Positions 12,746 through 24,771 of a stretch of 64,000 nucleotides of DNA are shown one piece after another. The notes under the pieces were generated by a model. The model was not told the DNA's origin. It did not search any database and was given only the letters and a program-made list of their open reading frames with translations. Made by a program: the position numbers and the translations under genes. The DNA is from Octopus sinensis (lineage: Eukaryota). The stretch's first letter is position 1; each line of letters begins with the position of its first letter. The stretch covers positions 2,542,001 through 2,606,000 of the forward strand of contig NC_043021.1 in assembly GCF_006345805.1 (NCBI RefSeq). The letters are read 5' to 3'.

Positions 12746-14207
12746 ATATAATATATAGATAATAATACATATATAATATATACACACACCACACATTTAT
12801 ATACATATATATACACACACATATATATACATATATACATATATATATATATTTACATATATATACATATATATATATATTTATACATACATACATACAC
12901 ACATCTATATACGTTCATAATACATACATACATACATACATACATGGACAGATACAAACAGACAGCAGGCAGACAGACAGTCAGATAGATAGATAGAGAA
13001 TGGGCCAAAAGTCACGAACCAAAACTTTTGGCATTTTATGTTGTTGTTGTTACTGCTGCTGTTGTTGTTATTCACGTTTGATATTCATGTACGTGTGTAT
13101 TCGACATCGATTTATTTCTTTAAGGCAAGCGAGCTGGCAGAAACGTTAGCACGCCGGGCGAAATGCTTAGCGTTATTTCTCGTTCCGAGTTCAAATTCCT
13201 CCCTCACCCACCCGGGTCGACTTTGCCTTTCTTTCATCCTTTCCGGAAGCGATAAATTTAGTACCAGTTGCGTACTGAGGTCGATTTAATCGACTGGGGG
13301 GAGCCCCCTTCCCCTACAAAATGTCGGGCCTTGTCCCTAAGAATAGAAAAGACTATTTTATTTCTTTTATTTGATGTTGGAAGTGGCTGTGTGGTAAGTA
13401 GCTTGTTTACCAACCACATGGTTCCGGGTTCAGTCCCACTGCGTGGCACCTTGGGCAAGTGTCTTCTGCTATAGCCCCGGGCCGACCAATGCCTTGTGAG
13501 TGGATTTGGTGGACGGAAACTGAAAGAAGCCTGTCGTATATATATATGTGTGTGTGTTTGTCCCCCTAGCATTGCTTGACAACCGATGCTGGTATGTTTA
13601 CTTCCCCGTAACTTAGCGGTTCGGCAAAAGAGAGACCGATAGAATAAGTACTGGGCTTACAAAGAATAAGTCCCGGGGTCGACTTGCTCGACTAAAGGCG
13701 GTGCTCCAGCATGGCCGCAGTCAAATGACTGAAACAAGTAAAAGAGTAAAAGAGTAATTTAGTTTGTGCGTGACCTTCGGCGGTGGCGACGTTTGTTGCC
13801 ATGGTGATGATGGCGGCGGTGGCGGCGGCGGCGGTGGTGGTGGTGGTGCGGGTGGCGGCAACAGGCTGCTGTCTTTCAAAAGTTCACATCGTCGACTGGA
13901 AATCCCCACTAAATAAATTCTTCTACTCGACAACTGCGTAACATTTTGAAGGCAAACTTCCTTTAGTGGACTAATCACACGCACACACATACACACTGAA
14001 AAATGCACACATACACAACACATACGCACATACACACACACACACTCACATTCAAACACACATACACACAAATACATATGTATACACACACACATACACA
14101 CAAATACGTACGCATACACACACACGAATACATATACATACGCACACACAAACATACACACACACACACGAATACACACACAAATACATATACATACGCA
14201 CACACAA

Positions 14208-14239
<32 letters not shown>

Positions 14240-14419
14240 GAATACACACACAAATACGTATACATACGCACACACAAGCATACACACACACACACACACG
14301 AATACACACACGAATACACACACAAATACATATACATACGCACACACAAACATACACACACACACAACACACACACACACGAATACACACACAAATACAT
14401 ATACATACGCACACACAAG

Positions 14420-14453
<34 letters not shown>

Positions 14454-14534
14454 TACATATACATACGCACACACAAACATACGCACACACACACACACAC
14501 ACACAATACACCTTACTATCTAAAACAGGCGTAA

Positions 14535-14729
14535 CTTCGGTATAGGTACCGGAAGTACCGGATACATTTCAAGAAACTGTTGTTTATATATATATATATA
14601 TATATGTGGTGGGGTTAGGGTTAGGTTTAAGGTTAGGGTTAGGGTTAGTGGTGGGAGAAAAAAGGGTTTCTGTTATCTTCAGAAATGTAAACAAAGCCGC
14701 TTCCGGTACTTACGGTACCTATACCGAAG
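14535..14729. mobile_element. Small foldback element enclosing TTAGGG-like repeats
   Basis: 28-bp inverted repeat (14535-14562 vs 14702-14729, 27/28 identical); ggttagggttagg.. tract at 14612-14648. Confidence 0.55.
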
Positions 14730-14779
14730 GATCGCAGGCTGCAAGAATATCAGGAGAAAAAAAACACACAAAAAAAAAA

Positions 14780-16590
14780 ACACCACCGCCCCACCACTCC
14801 AATACTACCGTCACCATCACCACCTTCGCCGCCGCCACCACCACCACCATCACCATTATCATCATCACCATCAACATCACTATCAATATTACGACAATCA
14901 CCACAATACCGCCACCACCACCACCATCATCATCATCAATATCACCACAATGACCACCATCACCATAATACCGTCGCCGCCGCCGCTACCACCATCACCA
15001 CAATACCACCACCACCACAACTACCAACATGACCAACACGACAACCACTATCACCACCACCACCACCACCACCGCCACCACCACCACCACCATAACCACC
15101 ACCACCACCATAACCACCACCACCACCACCGTCACCACCATAACCACCACCACCACCACCACCGCCACCACCACCACCACTACAACCACCACCGCCACCA
15201 CCATAACCACCACCACCACCACCACTACAACCACCAACACCACCACCACCACCACCGCCACCACCATAACCACAACCACCACCACCACCGCCACCACCAC
15301 CACCACCGCCACCACCACCGCCACCACCACCACCACCACCATAACCACCACCACCACCACCACTACAACCCCACCACCACCACCACCACCGCCACCACCA
15401 TAACCACCACCACCACCACCGCCGCCACCACCACCACCACGCCACCACCACCACCAACCACACCATAACCACCACCACCACCACCACTACAACCACCACC
15501 ACCCCACACCAACCGCCACCACCATAACCACCACCACCCACCACCACCACCGCCCACCACACCACCACCACCGCCACCACCACCACCACCGCCACCACCA
15601 CCACCACCATAACCACACCACCACCCCACCACCACCGTCACCACCATAACCACCACCACCACCACCATACCCCACCACCACCATAACCACCACCACCACC
15701 ACTACAACACCACCACCACCACCACCACCGCCGCCGCCACCACCATAACCACCACCACCACCACCGCCGCCACTACCACCACCACCGCCACCACCACCAT
15801 AACCACACACCGCCACCACCATAAACCACCACCACCACCACCACCGCCACCACACCACACCACTACAACCACCCACCACCACCACCACCGCCGCCGCCAC
15901 CACCATAACCACCACCACCACCACCGCCGCCATACCACCCACCACCGCCACCACCACCATAACCACCACCACCCCCACCGCCACCACCATAACCACCACC
16001 ACCGTCACCACCGCCACCACCACCACCCACCACCGCACCACCACCACCACTACAACCACCACCACCGCCACCACCATAACCACCACCACCACCACCACTA
16101 CAACCACCACCACCACCACCACCACCACCACCGCCACTACCATAACCACCACCACAACCACCACTACCACCACTACAACCACCACCACCACCACCACCAC
16201 CACCACACCACCGCCACCACCATAACCACCACCACTACCACAACCACCACCACCACTACAACCACCACCACCACCACCACTACCACCACCACCGCCACCA
16301 CCATAACCACCACCACCACCACCACTACAACCACCACCACCACCACCACCACCAATGCCACCACCATAACCACCACCACCACCACCACCGCCACCACCAC
16401 CATCACCACCACCACCACCACCACCACCACCACCACCACCACCACCACCACCACCACCACCACCACCACCACCACAACCACCACCACCACCACCACCACC
16501 ACCCCACCACCGCCGCCGCCACCACCATAACACCACCACCACCACCACCAACACCACCACCACCACCATCACCACCACCACCACCACCAA
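14780..16590. repeat. Approximately 1.8-kb degenerate (ACC)n/(GGT)n triplet tract
   Basis: ACC runs interspersed with ATA, GCC and ACT/ACA variants; source of the poly-T/H/P/G/V/W ORFs. Confidence 0.95.
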
Positions 16591-18156
16591 TATATACAAA
16601 CATAACTGCACACGTCGCACACATAAATGTGTGAGTAGGTGTGTGTGTGAGTGAGTGAGTATGTGTGTGTGTATGTTTACTCTTTTACTCTTTTACTCTT
16701 TTACTTGTTTCAGTCATTTGACTGCGGCCATGCTGGAGCACCGCCTTTAGTCGAGCAAATCGACCCCGGGACTTATTCTTTGTAAGCCCAGTACTTGTTC
16801 TATCGGTCTCTCTTTTGCCGAACCGCTAAGTGACGGCGACGTAAACACACCAGCATCGGTTGTCAAGCAATGCTAGGGGGACAAACACAGACACACAGAC
16901 ACACAAACATACACACAAATACATATATACGACAGGCTTTTTTCAGTTTCCGTCTACCAAATCCACTCACAAGGCATTGGTCGGCCCGGGGCTATAGCAG
17001 AAGACACTTGCCCAAGATGCCACACAGTGGGACTGAACCCGGAACCATGTGGTTGGTTAGCAAGCTACTTACCACACAGCCACCCTGTTTGAATATATAT
17101 ATATATATATAATAATCGAAATCGATAAAAAAATGAAATCGAAATCGAACAAAAATCAATGGAAATTGCAGTTGTGATTACCAGTGCCGGTGGCACATAA
17201 AAAGCACTGTACGATCGTGGCCGTTGCCAAACTCGGCTGGCACCTGTGCCGGTGGCACGTAAAAAGCACCCACTACACTCACGCAAATATACCACAAGGA
17301 AACAATGAAATTATTTTGGTTTCTATTATTGGTATAAATTTGTTTGAAATGGTTTATCCTTTATGTTGGAAATCTATAGGGTCGTCTGCTTCATTGATCG
17401 ATTAAATGGAGCCGCTTGAAACGGCCGTAATGTACTGATACCTGGACATTTTTCTTATTTGTTTACATTATATATATACATGCTTACATGGTACTCGAGT
17501 GTATATCTATATGTGTGCGCGTAAATGTTATGATTTTCCAAGAGGAGTGATAGTGACTTCGAAGTCACTGTTGCCCTCACAAAAACATACAGATAATACA
17601 GACGTTTGAAATAATCTCTTCATTATTTATTTATTCTTTTACTTGTGTCAGTCACTTGACTGCAGCCATGCTGGAGCAGCACCTTTAGTCAAACAAATCG
17701 ACCCCAGGATTTATCCTTTGTAAGCTTAGTACTTATTCTATCGGTCTCTTTTGCCGAACCACTAATTTACGGGGATGTAAACACACCAACATCGGTTGTC
17801 AAGCGATGGTGCGGGGACAAATCTACTCACAAGGCTTTGGCTGCCTCGAGGCTATAGTAGAAGACACTTGCCGAAGGTGCCACGCAGTGGGACTGAACCC
17901 GGAACCAAATAGTTGGTAAGCAAGCTACTTACCACACAGCCACTCTTGCGTCTTGAAGTAGCACCAGCAGGCTAAAGATAACAGTCAAAATAACTCAAAA
18001 CCATAGTTTTCACTTGAACACAAGGGCGAAATCGAAAGAACGGGTAGCAACTGAAAACTGTGGTTTTGAGGTATTTTGACTGCTATCTTTAGCATGATTG
18101 TTAGTAATTGATAATTTAGCCTTTATAGTTCTTTTACGCATGTTAACCACTGATAT

Positions 18157-18256
18157 NNNNNNNNNNNNNNNNNNNNNNNNNNNNNNNNNNNNNNNNNNNN
18201 NNNNNNNNNNNNNNNNNNNNNNNNNNNNNNNNNNNNNNNNNNNNNNNNNNNNNNNN
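18157..18256. other. Assembly gap (100 N)
   Basis: Run of exactly 100 N; true length unknown. Confidence 1.
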
Positions 18257-18310
18257 TGCCATATTAGCTTGCCGATAACTATTATTACCTAGTACTGCTG
18301 CCGTAGTCTC

Positions 18311-18350
<40 letters not shown>

Positions 18351-18478
18351 TAACACATATATACACGTATATATACACATATATATACATATATATATGT
18401 ATATACACATATATATACATGTATATACATATATATATGTATATACATATATGTGTGTGTATACGCACGCACACACAC

Positions 18479-18513
<35 letters not shown>

Positions 18514-19048
18514 GCGAGAGAGAGAGAGAACCGAATTTGTTGCTGCCTAAGTTTTGCAAAATTGGCTATTTTTGAATATATGATTCCAACGAATATGTTT
18601 CAGGTCTAGATTTCGATTACATCAAAATTTTAATTTAAAAAAAACAACAAACAAAAAAAAAAACATGGTGGCGTTGTTGGTGGTGGGAGATAACACATCT
18701 CAACAAAACGTTACAACAAACACGCCATGTTTGAAGTTATCTGTCCGCCATCCCACTTTTGTTTCTTTTGTTCGTTTTCGTTGTTATTTTGAAGATCAAA
18801 TTCCAATACTCGTAATCCGCACCATCAGAGAAGTGTTGGTAGAAAATTTTATCTGAAAATTATTCGATTTTCAGAAGAGTATGAAGAAACATGAGCCGCG
18901 TCAATTATCCGATACCCTTCTTCAGCTTTTGAAGAAAAAAAATCACAACAAATTTCCGTATCACGAACCTATACAATCTAAAAAATATTTCTGGAAACTG
19001 TCATTAGAAAATACGAGTTTCTCAGAAAGTTACATAAAAGCGAAGTCG

Positions 19049-19435
19049 GTAGACCTTTCCGTCGATTTCCGTAAAAAAATTTTTTTTTTTTACATATGGG
19101 CTTGCGGAAACTTTTGAAGTAATGAGAGCGAAAGAGACCAAAAGAAAGCGATTGTATGACGAGGGAAGTTCTTTTGAAGTTACCGTGCATGGCAAGCATT
19201 GATGTACATGTGTGTGTGTGTGTGTGTGTTCGATGGGGTGTGGGAGACAGAAAGTATGTTGTGTAAGTGAAGTGCTTCTGTTAGTGTGTGTGAAGAGACA
19301 GAGTAATGTGTGAAAGAGAGAGATAACTGAAATTTCGCTCTCATTACTTCAAAAGTTCCCGCAAGCCCATATGTAAAAAAAAAAAAAGTTTTTACGGAAA
19401 TCGACGGAAAGGTCTACTAGGGACGAAAGATCGCC
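19049..19435. mobile_element. Long-TIR MITE, copy 1 (MULE-like), 9-bp TSD
   Basis: GCGAAGTCG at 19040-19048 and 19436-19444; TIR gtagacctttccgtcgatttccgta...gaagtaat; left tip lacks about 18 bp. Confidence 0.7.
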
Positions 19436-20234
19436 GCGAAGTCGAGTATCGGGCGCACGCATATAGCTAAACCATTTGTCTTGTTTTGCATTAAAATTAC
19501 ATCTTCCCTTTCATTTTTTACCAATTTAGCCCTTTACTTAGTCAAAGCAAAGCATTTTCACAAGTTTGTCCTAGACGTTCATGCTTCTTTACAGATTTTC
19601 TGTTGGCCCTTGTAGTATACGTTTTTGAGCAATATAAAACTTTCCTTTCACAAGTTCCAAGTTGCTCTGATGCTTGAAAATTTGGAATGCGTTTCACGAT
19701 GCATAAACAACAGAGAAATATATCCTATAGGCGCAGGAGTGGCTGTGTGGTAAGTAGCTTGCTAACCAACCACATGGTTCCGGGTTCAGTCCTACTGCGT
19801 GGCATCTTGGGCAAGTGTCTTCTGCTATAGCCCCGGGCCGACCAATGCCTTGTGGGTGGATTTGGAAACTGAAAGAAGCCTGTCGTGTATATATATAATT
19901 GTGTGTGTATATGTTTGTGTGTGTCTGTGTTTGTCCCCCTAGCATTGCTTGACAACCGATGCTGGTGTGTTTACGTCCCCGTCACTTAGCGGTTCGGCAA
20001 AAGAGACCGATAGAATGAGTACTGGGCTTACAAAGAATAAGTCCGGGGTCGATTTGCTCGACTAAAGGCGGTGCTCCAGCATGGGCGCAGTCAAATGACT
20101 GAAACAAGTAAAAGAGAGTAAAGAGTGTGAATATATGTGCACTGTGATACACAGGACTAATGAAGGTTGAGACAATAAGGGTGCGATTTAAGGTTAAATG
20201 TGTCTGCTATCTTTATCTCGTTGGTAAACAACTA

Positions 20235-20750
20235 CCATAAATCCTCAAGTATAGTCTGCCCTTGAGTATAATACGCAGGGGATTTTTAGGGGGCTGTACC
20301 TCTGAAAAATTTAAACCTGTGTATAATACGCACCCCTTCTCTAAATTGAGTCAAGGAGGTCTATATAACGTCCTTGGTTGTTTGTAAAAATGTATACGGA
20401 AACTCCTTTATTATTGTATATATAATAACATAATGCAAACGTGTAGCTTTTTTGTGCATTTTGTTTGCAGAAAATAAGAAAGAAATAACAGTAATAACGT
20501 TTAATAAATGTTGCTTACTGCAAGTTATGGATGAGCCTTTTATGACTTCATTGCTTTCAGGCTTAGCTTAAGTTATTTTCACGCCCGACATCACAAAATG
20601 CGTCTGAATAAACATTGCCAGACAGCAAATAGAGACTCGGACATGGTTTAGAAAATAATTTTCATTTTTAACCTCGTATATAGTATGCACTATGGATTTT
20701 GACCTTTAAATTTTGGGGGGGAAATGCGGATTATACTCAAGGATTTACGG
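20235..20750. mobile_element. pogo/Tigger-like (Tc1-mariner) MITE
   Basis: TA|CCATAAATCCTCAAGTATAGTCTGC ... TGCGGATTATACTCAAGGATTTACGG|TA; imperfect TIR of about 25 bp with TA flanks. Confidence 0.7.
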
Positions 20751-21072
20751 TATATATAAAAAAAAGTCTCCTTAGCTTCAGGTAAACTGGTTGACGTGCA
20801 TTTTACGGGCGTAAAAATATGAAATTTTTCTGAGAATAATCCTTTTTTTTTTATTAAAGGTACAAGGCCTGAATTTGGTGGGGTGGGGCTACTTAATTAA
20901 ATTGACCCAGTACTTAAGATGCCATAAGGATAAAAGGCAAAGTCGACCTCGACAACATCTGAACTCAAATTATACCGCTACGTATTTTGTCTGGCGCGTT
21001 AACGATTCTTCCTCCTCGCCGCCTAAAACTAAATTTTAAGAGAAACCGTATATGACAGTGACATCCTGTAAT

Positions 21073-21307
21073 TTCATGGAAATAATGTGACGTAACCACT
21101 GAATAAGTACCCTGGCGGCTGCTTCTGAAGTACTTACCCCATTACGAGAATGTACTAACCCATTACGAGAATGTACCTAACCCATTACGAGAATGTACTA
21201 ATAGTTATTTTTGTTCGTGGACGTGGCATAAGCGAGTTCTTTTAACAAAAGTTTTAAAATGTCATTGTTGTCGATTCTAGTTTTTATTGCAAATTACTTT
21301 CACTTTT
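21073..21307. promoter_or_regulatory. Candidate IRF promoter/enhancer: GAS (TTCATGGAA), CRE-like TGACGTAA, 3x GAS-like TTCTCGTAA repeat, IRF-E AAAAGTGAAAGT
   Basis: Motifs read directly at 21073-21081, 21088-21095, 21142/21163/21185 and 21296-21307, 0.86-1.1 kb upstream of the IRF ATG. Function is inferred. Confidence 0.45.
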
Positions 21308-21596
21308 TTAGGACAGTTTACTTACACCTTTTTTTTTTTTTTTTTACCGTAAACTGTATTTAAACCACGAAACTTTTATCGTGTATTTTATTTTTGACGT
21401 GGCCATTCCTACAGGTGCTATGAATTTTTCAAGATTATTTCTATTAACCGAGAAACTAAACTTTACATGTCATCGAATTCCGGAAAAAAAAATTCATAGC
21501 AGTAATTAAATGGAACGATCGGTTTATTGATTTATTTAATCAATCGACTAGTCCCCACACCACAAATTGCCGGCCTTGTGTCTACAGCAGAAAGGA

Positions 21597-21807
21597 GTAC
21601 TACTACTACTACTACTACTACTACAACAACTACTACTACTGTTGCTATTATTATTATTATTGTTATTATTATTGTTATTATTATTATTATATTATATTAT
21701 TATTATTATATTATTATTTATTATTATTATTTATTATTATTATTATTATTATTTATTATTATTATATTATGATTATTATTTATTATTATTATTTATTATT
21801 ATTATTA

Positions 21808-21842
<35 letters not shown>

Positions 21843-21885
21843 TATTATTATTATTATTATTTATTATTATATTATTATTATTAAG
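21597..21885. repeat. (ACT)n/(ATT)n microsatellite in the presumed first IRF intron
   Basis: Read directly. Confidence 0.95.
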
Positions 21886-22167
21886 GGTAGTGTTCTGGCA
21901 AAATCGTTACCTTGCCATACAAAAGATCTGAACAGCTTTCTTTGATCCATTTTCATGTTCTAAAGTTCAAATGCTGCCAAGGTGGATTTTTCCCTTTATC
22001 ATTCAACCTTTTGGTCAGTAAAATAAATACCGGTCAAGCAGGGGGTGGGCAATGTAATCGACTTACAACACCCCACCCCACCCACCAACCCGCCGTCACC
22101 AAATTTCATTGTTGAAACATTTAATTTTATTTCTATTTTTTAAATTTATTTTTTTTATAAATTCAGA

Positions 22168-22372
22168 ATGCCCAATTACAAAAGAAGAAAACCAATGATG
22201 AAGATCCGAATGAGAGATTGGTTGACCAATTTATTAGACAGCAAAAGTATTCCAGGCCTTGAGTGGCTAGACAAGAATAAACAGATATTCCGGATTCCTT
22301 GGAAGCATGGATCTCGTCAGACCTGGAAAGTAGACGATGCTGATTTGTTCGTGAGGTGGGCAGAACATGGAG
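22168..22372 (+). CDS. IRF: Interferon regulatory factor (IRF1/2-like), first coding exon, N-terminal part of DNA-binding domain
   Basis: MPNYKRRKPMMKIRMRDWLTNLLDSKSIPGLEWLDKNKQIFRIPWKHGSRQTWKVDDADLFVRWAEHG contains all five IRF tryptophans and the PWKH motif. Acceptor attcag|A at 22166/22167 just before the ATG; donor GAG|gtgagt at 22372/22373 (phase 1). Confidence 0.95.
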
Positions 22373-22404
22373 GTGAGTTGTTTTGTCTTCGATGCCCCCT
22401 CTCT

Positions 22405-22795
22405 TTCTATCTTTTACTTGTTTCAGTCATTTGACTGCGGCCATGCTGGAGCACCGCCTTTTAGTCGAGCAAATCGACCCCGGGACTTATTCTTTGTAAG
22501 CCCAGTACTTATTCTATCGGTCTGTTTTGCCGAACCGCTAAGTGACGGAGACGTAAACACACCAGCATCGGTTGTCAAGCAATGCTAGGGGGACAAACAC
22601 AGACACACAAACACATACACACACATACATATATACGACAGGCTTCTTTCAGTTTCCGTCTACCAAATCCACTCACAAGGCATTGGTCGGCCCGGGGCTA
22701 TAGCAGAAGACACTTGCCCAAGATGCCATGCAGTGGGACTGAACTCGGAACCATGTGGTTGGTTAGCAAGCTAATTACCACACAGCCACTCCTGC
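22405..22795 (-). mobile_element. SINE type A, antisense copy in the IRF intron between the DBD exons
   Basis: Reverse complement of the 23123-23518 copy, highly similar by eye. Confidence 0.9.
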
Positions 22796-23122
22796 ATCGG
22801 TTTTTGCCTTAATGTTAATTGGAATCCAGTTGCTTGGTGCTACATTCAACATGACCTCTTGTAATGTTCTTATATATCCATTACACGCTTGGAGTAGTTG
22901 GCGCTACGTAGGGCATCCAGGTATAGAAACCATGGGAAATCAGACTGGAGTCTGGTGCAGCCTTCCCAGCATGGACAATGGACGTTAAATGATGATGATG
23001 ATATATATTATTTATGTCTATGTTTGTTAGTGAAATTCTGTTACCCTTGTCCTCCTGTGTCCTAGTTTACTGGTCATAAAGTTTTGTTTACTAATCAGTC
23101 CATCATCGCAAAAGAAGGTCCA

Positions 23123-23295
23123 GGCGCAGGAGTGGCTGTGTGGTAAGTAGCTTGCTAACCAACCACATGGTTCCGGGTTCAGTCCCACTGCGTGGCATCT
23201 TGGGCAAGTGTCTTTTCTGCTATAGCCCCGGGCCGACCAATACCTTGTGAGTGGATTTGGTAGACGGAAACTGAAAGAAGCCTGTCGTATATATG

Positions 23296-23328
<33 letters not shown>

Positions 23329-23518
23329 GTCTGTGTTTGTCCCCCTAGCATTGCTTGACAACCGATGCTGGTGTGTTTACGTCCCCGTCACTTAGCAGTT
23401 CGGCAAAAAGGGACGGATAGAATAAGTACTGGGCTTACAAAGAATAAGTCCCAGGGTCGATTTGCTCGACTAAAGGCGGTGCTCCAGCATGGCCGCAGTC
23501 AAATGACTGAAACAAGTA
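23123..23518 (+). mobile_element. tRNA-derived SINE type A (representative of about 20 copies)
   Basis: A-box TGGCTGTGTGGT, B-box GGTTCAGTCC, CORE-like cttgggcaagt, central (TA)n(TG)n, AAAGAGT-repeat tail. Other copies at about 2895, 9873(-), 10826(-), 13380, 16678(-), 17630(-), 19730, 22405(-), 25225(-), 25905, 27545, 36825, 37478, 48025, 48770(-), 49335, 50162 and 60206. Confidence 0.9.
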
Positions 23519-23749
23519 CTCTTTTACTTGTTTCAGTCTTTAGACTGTGGTGGCCATGCTGGGACACCATCTTGAAAAGTATGCTAATCTGCTAAATAAC
23601 AGCTACTTTATGGAAGACCACTGGTTGGCCATACATAAGAAGCCCCCCCCCCCTCTATCAAATGTTACATAAACTCAACTCATTATATTAAATAGGAAAC
23701 TTTTTTTTTTTGGCCATATTTTTACGTCTGATGTTAATCTGCTTTTCAG

Positions 23750-23905
23750 GTAAATACAACCAAACGCTAGGGAACCCAAACACAAAAAGGTACAAAGCCA
23801 CTTTCCGGTGTGCACTAAACAGTTTACCAGACTGTGAAGAGCTGAAAAAAGAAAGTAGAAAAAGTGGTTTAAATGCTTTCAAAGTTTACCAATTCAAAGA
23901 CGAGT
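23750..23905 (+). CDS. IRF: IRF second coding exon, recognition helix of the DNA-binding domain
   Basis: (G)KYNQTLGNPNTKRYKATFRCALNSLPDCEELKKESRKSGLNAFKVYQFKDE matches IRF1/2 WKANFRCAMNSLPD. Acceptor ttttcag|GT continues phase 1; donor GAGT|gtgagt (phase 1). Confidence 0.93.
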
Positions 23906-24718
23906 GTGAGTATTCTTAAGACTCTTTAAACCCCGTTGATGGAAAACAACACCCAACATTTTCTACATTCTTAATGTATAGGATTGGGGCGTAATTTTTG
24001 TGGCTTTTTTTTCAATGAATTTTATTCAACAAAAACAGCTTTAAATGATTATTCCGGAGCATATTCACCATCTACTTCAATTACTGCTTCCCATTTGCTT
24101 GGCAGATGGTCAGACGGTCATTTAACCCTTTAGTGTTCACATTATTCTATCACACATAATGCTTATTGATTCACATTGATTTGAATTAATCATGCATTAT
24201 CTCATATCTTCAAGATCTTGATGGTGTAATTACTTAATATAGAATAACATTGTAGGGTAGGTGTGAGGGCCTGGATCTGGTCAGTTTGAACATAAAACAG
24301 ATAAAATATTTTGAACATAAAACAGATAAAAGACGCCCTTACCACCTGCCTAAGTCCACAAGTCACCAAGCTGAATACAGCAGTACATGTCATTCCAAAT
24401 CTATTTATATTTGACAGATTGCTCTGTCAGACATGATAGTTAGTTATTCATGTTACTTTATCATGTAGCTGTAAGATTATTTTTAGAATAACATTGTAGG
24501 GTAGGTGTGAGAAGCCAGATCTTGCTAGTTTGAACATAAGGCCAGTAGAATATTTGGGTCATATATGGCCTTTGAAGTGGATTAATGGATTAACTGACAA
24601 AAAACAATTGGTGCATTCTGAATACTTCCAGCAATAAGTGCCATTCAAATTTAAATTTATTCAGTTTGCATAATTAAATTTATACAATTTACTAAAGTCT
24701 GTCTTTTGTTTATTGTAG

Positions 24719-24771
24719 ACAAAAGAAAACGCTCGAAACACCAAGAACATTCTGATGACGATTCTTTAAAG
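24719..24771 (+). CDS. IRF: IRF exon 3 (basic NLS-like and acidic linker, YKRKRSKHQEHSDDDSLK)
   Basis: Pyrimidine tract plus tag|AC acceptor and AAG|gtaagc donor; phase 1 to 0 keeps the frame open; a basic patch follows the DBD as in IRF1/2. Confidence 0.75.

Noticed and set aside
13258-13572. Recurrent MLGGQTQTH.../MSSNARGTNTDT... ORFs appearing many times as a gene family
   Set aside because: They are reading frames through SINE type A copies.
14606-16624. Long Gly/His/Thr/Val/Trp-rich ORFs
   Set aside because: Open frames are expected from ACC/GGT triplets; frames shift within the tract and there is no splice or homology support.
17552-17569. Perfect 18-bp palindrome AGTGACTTCGAAGTCACT
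   Set aside because: Isolated, with no associated gene or family in the window; cannot assign a function.
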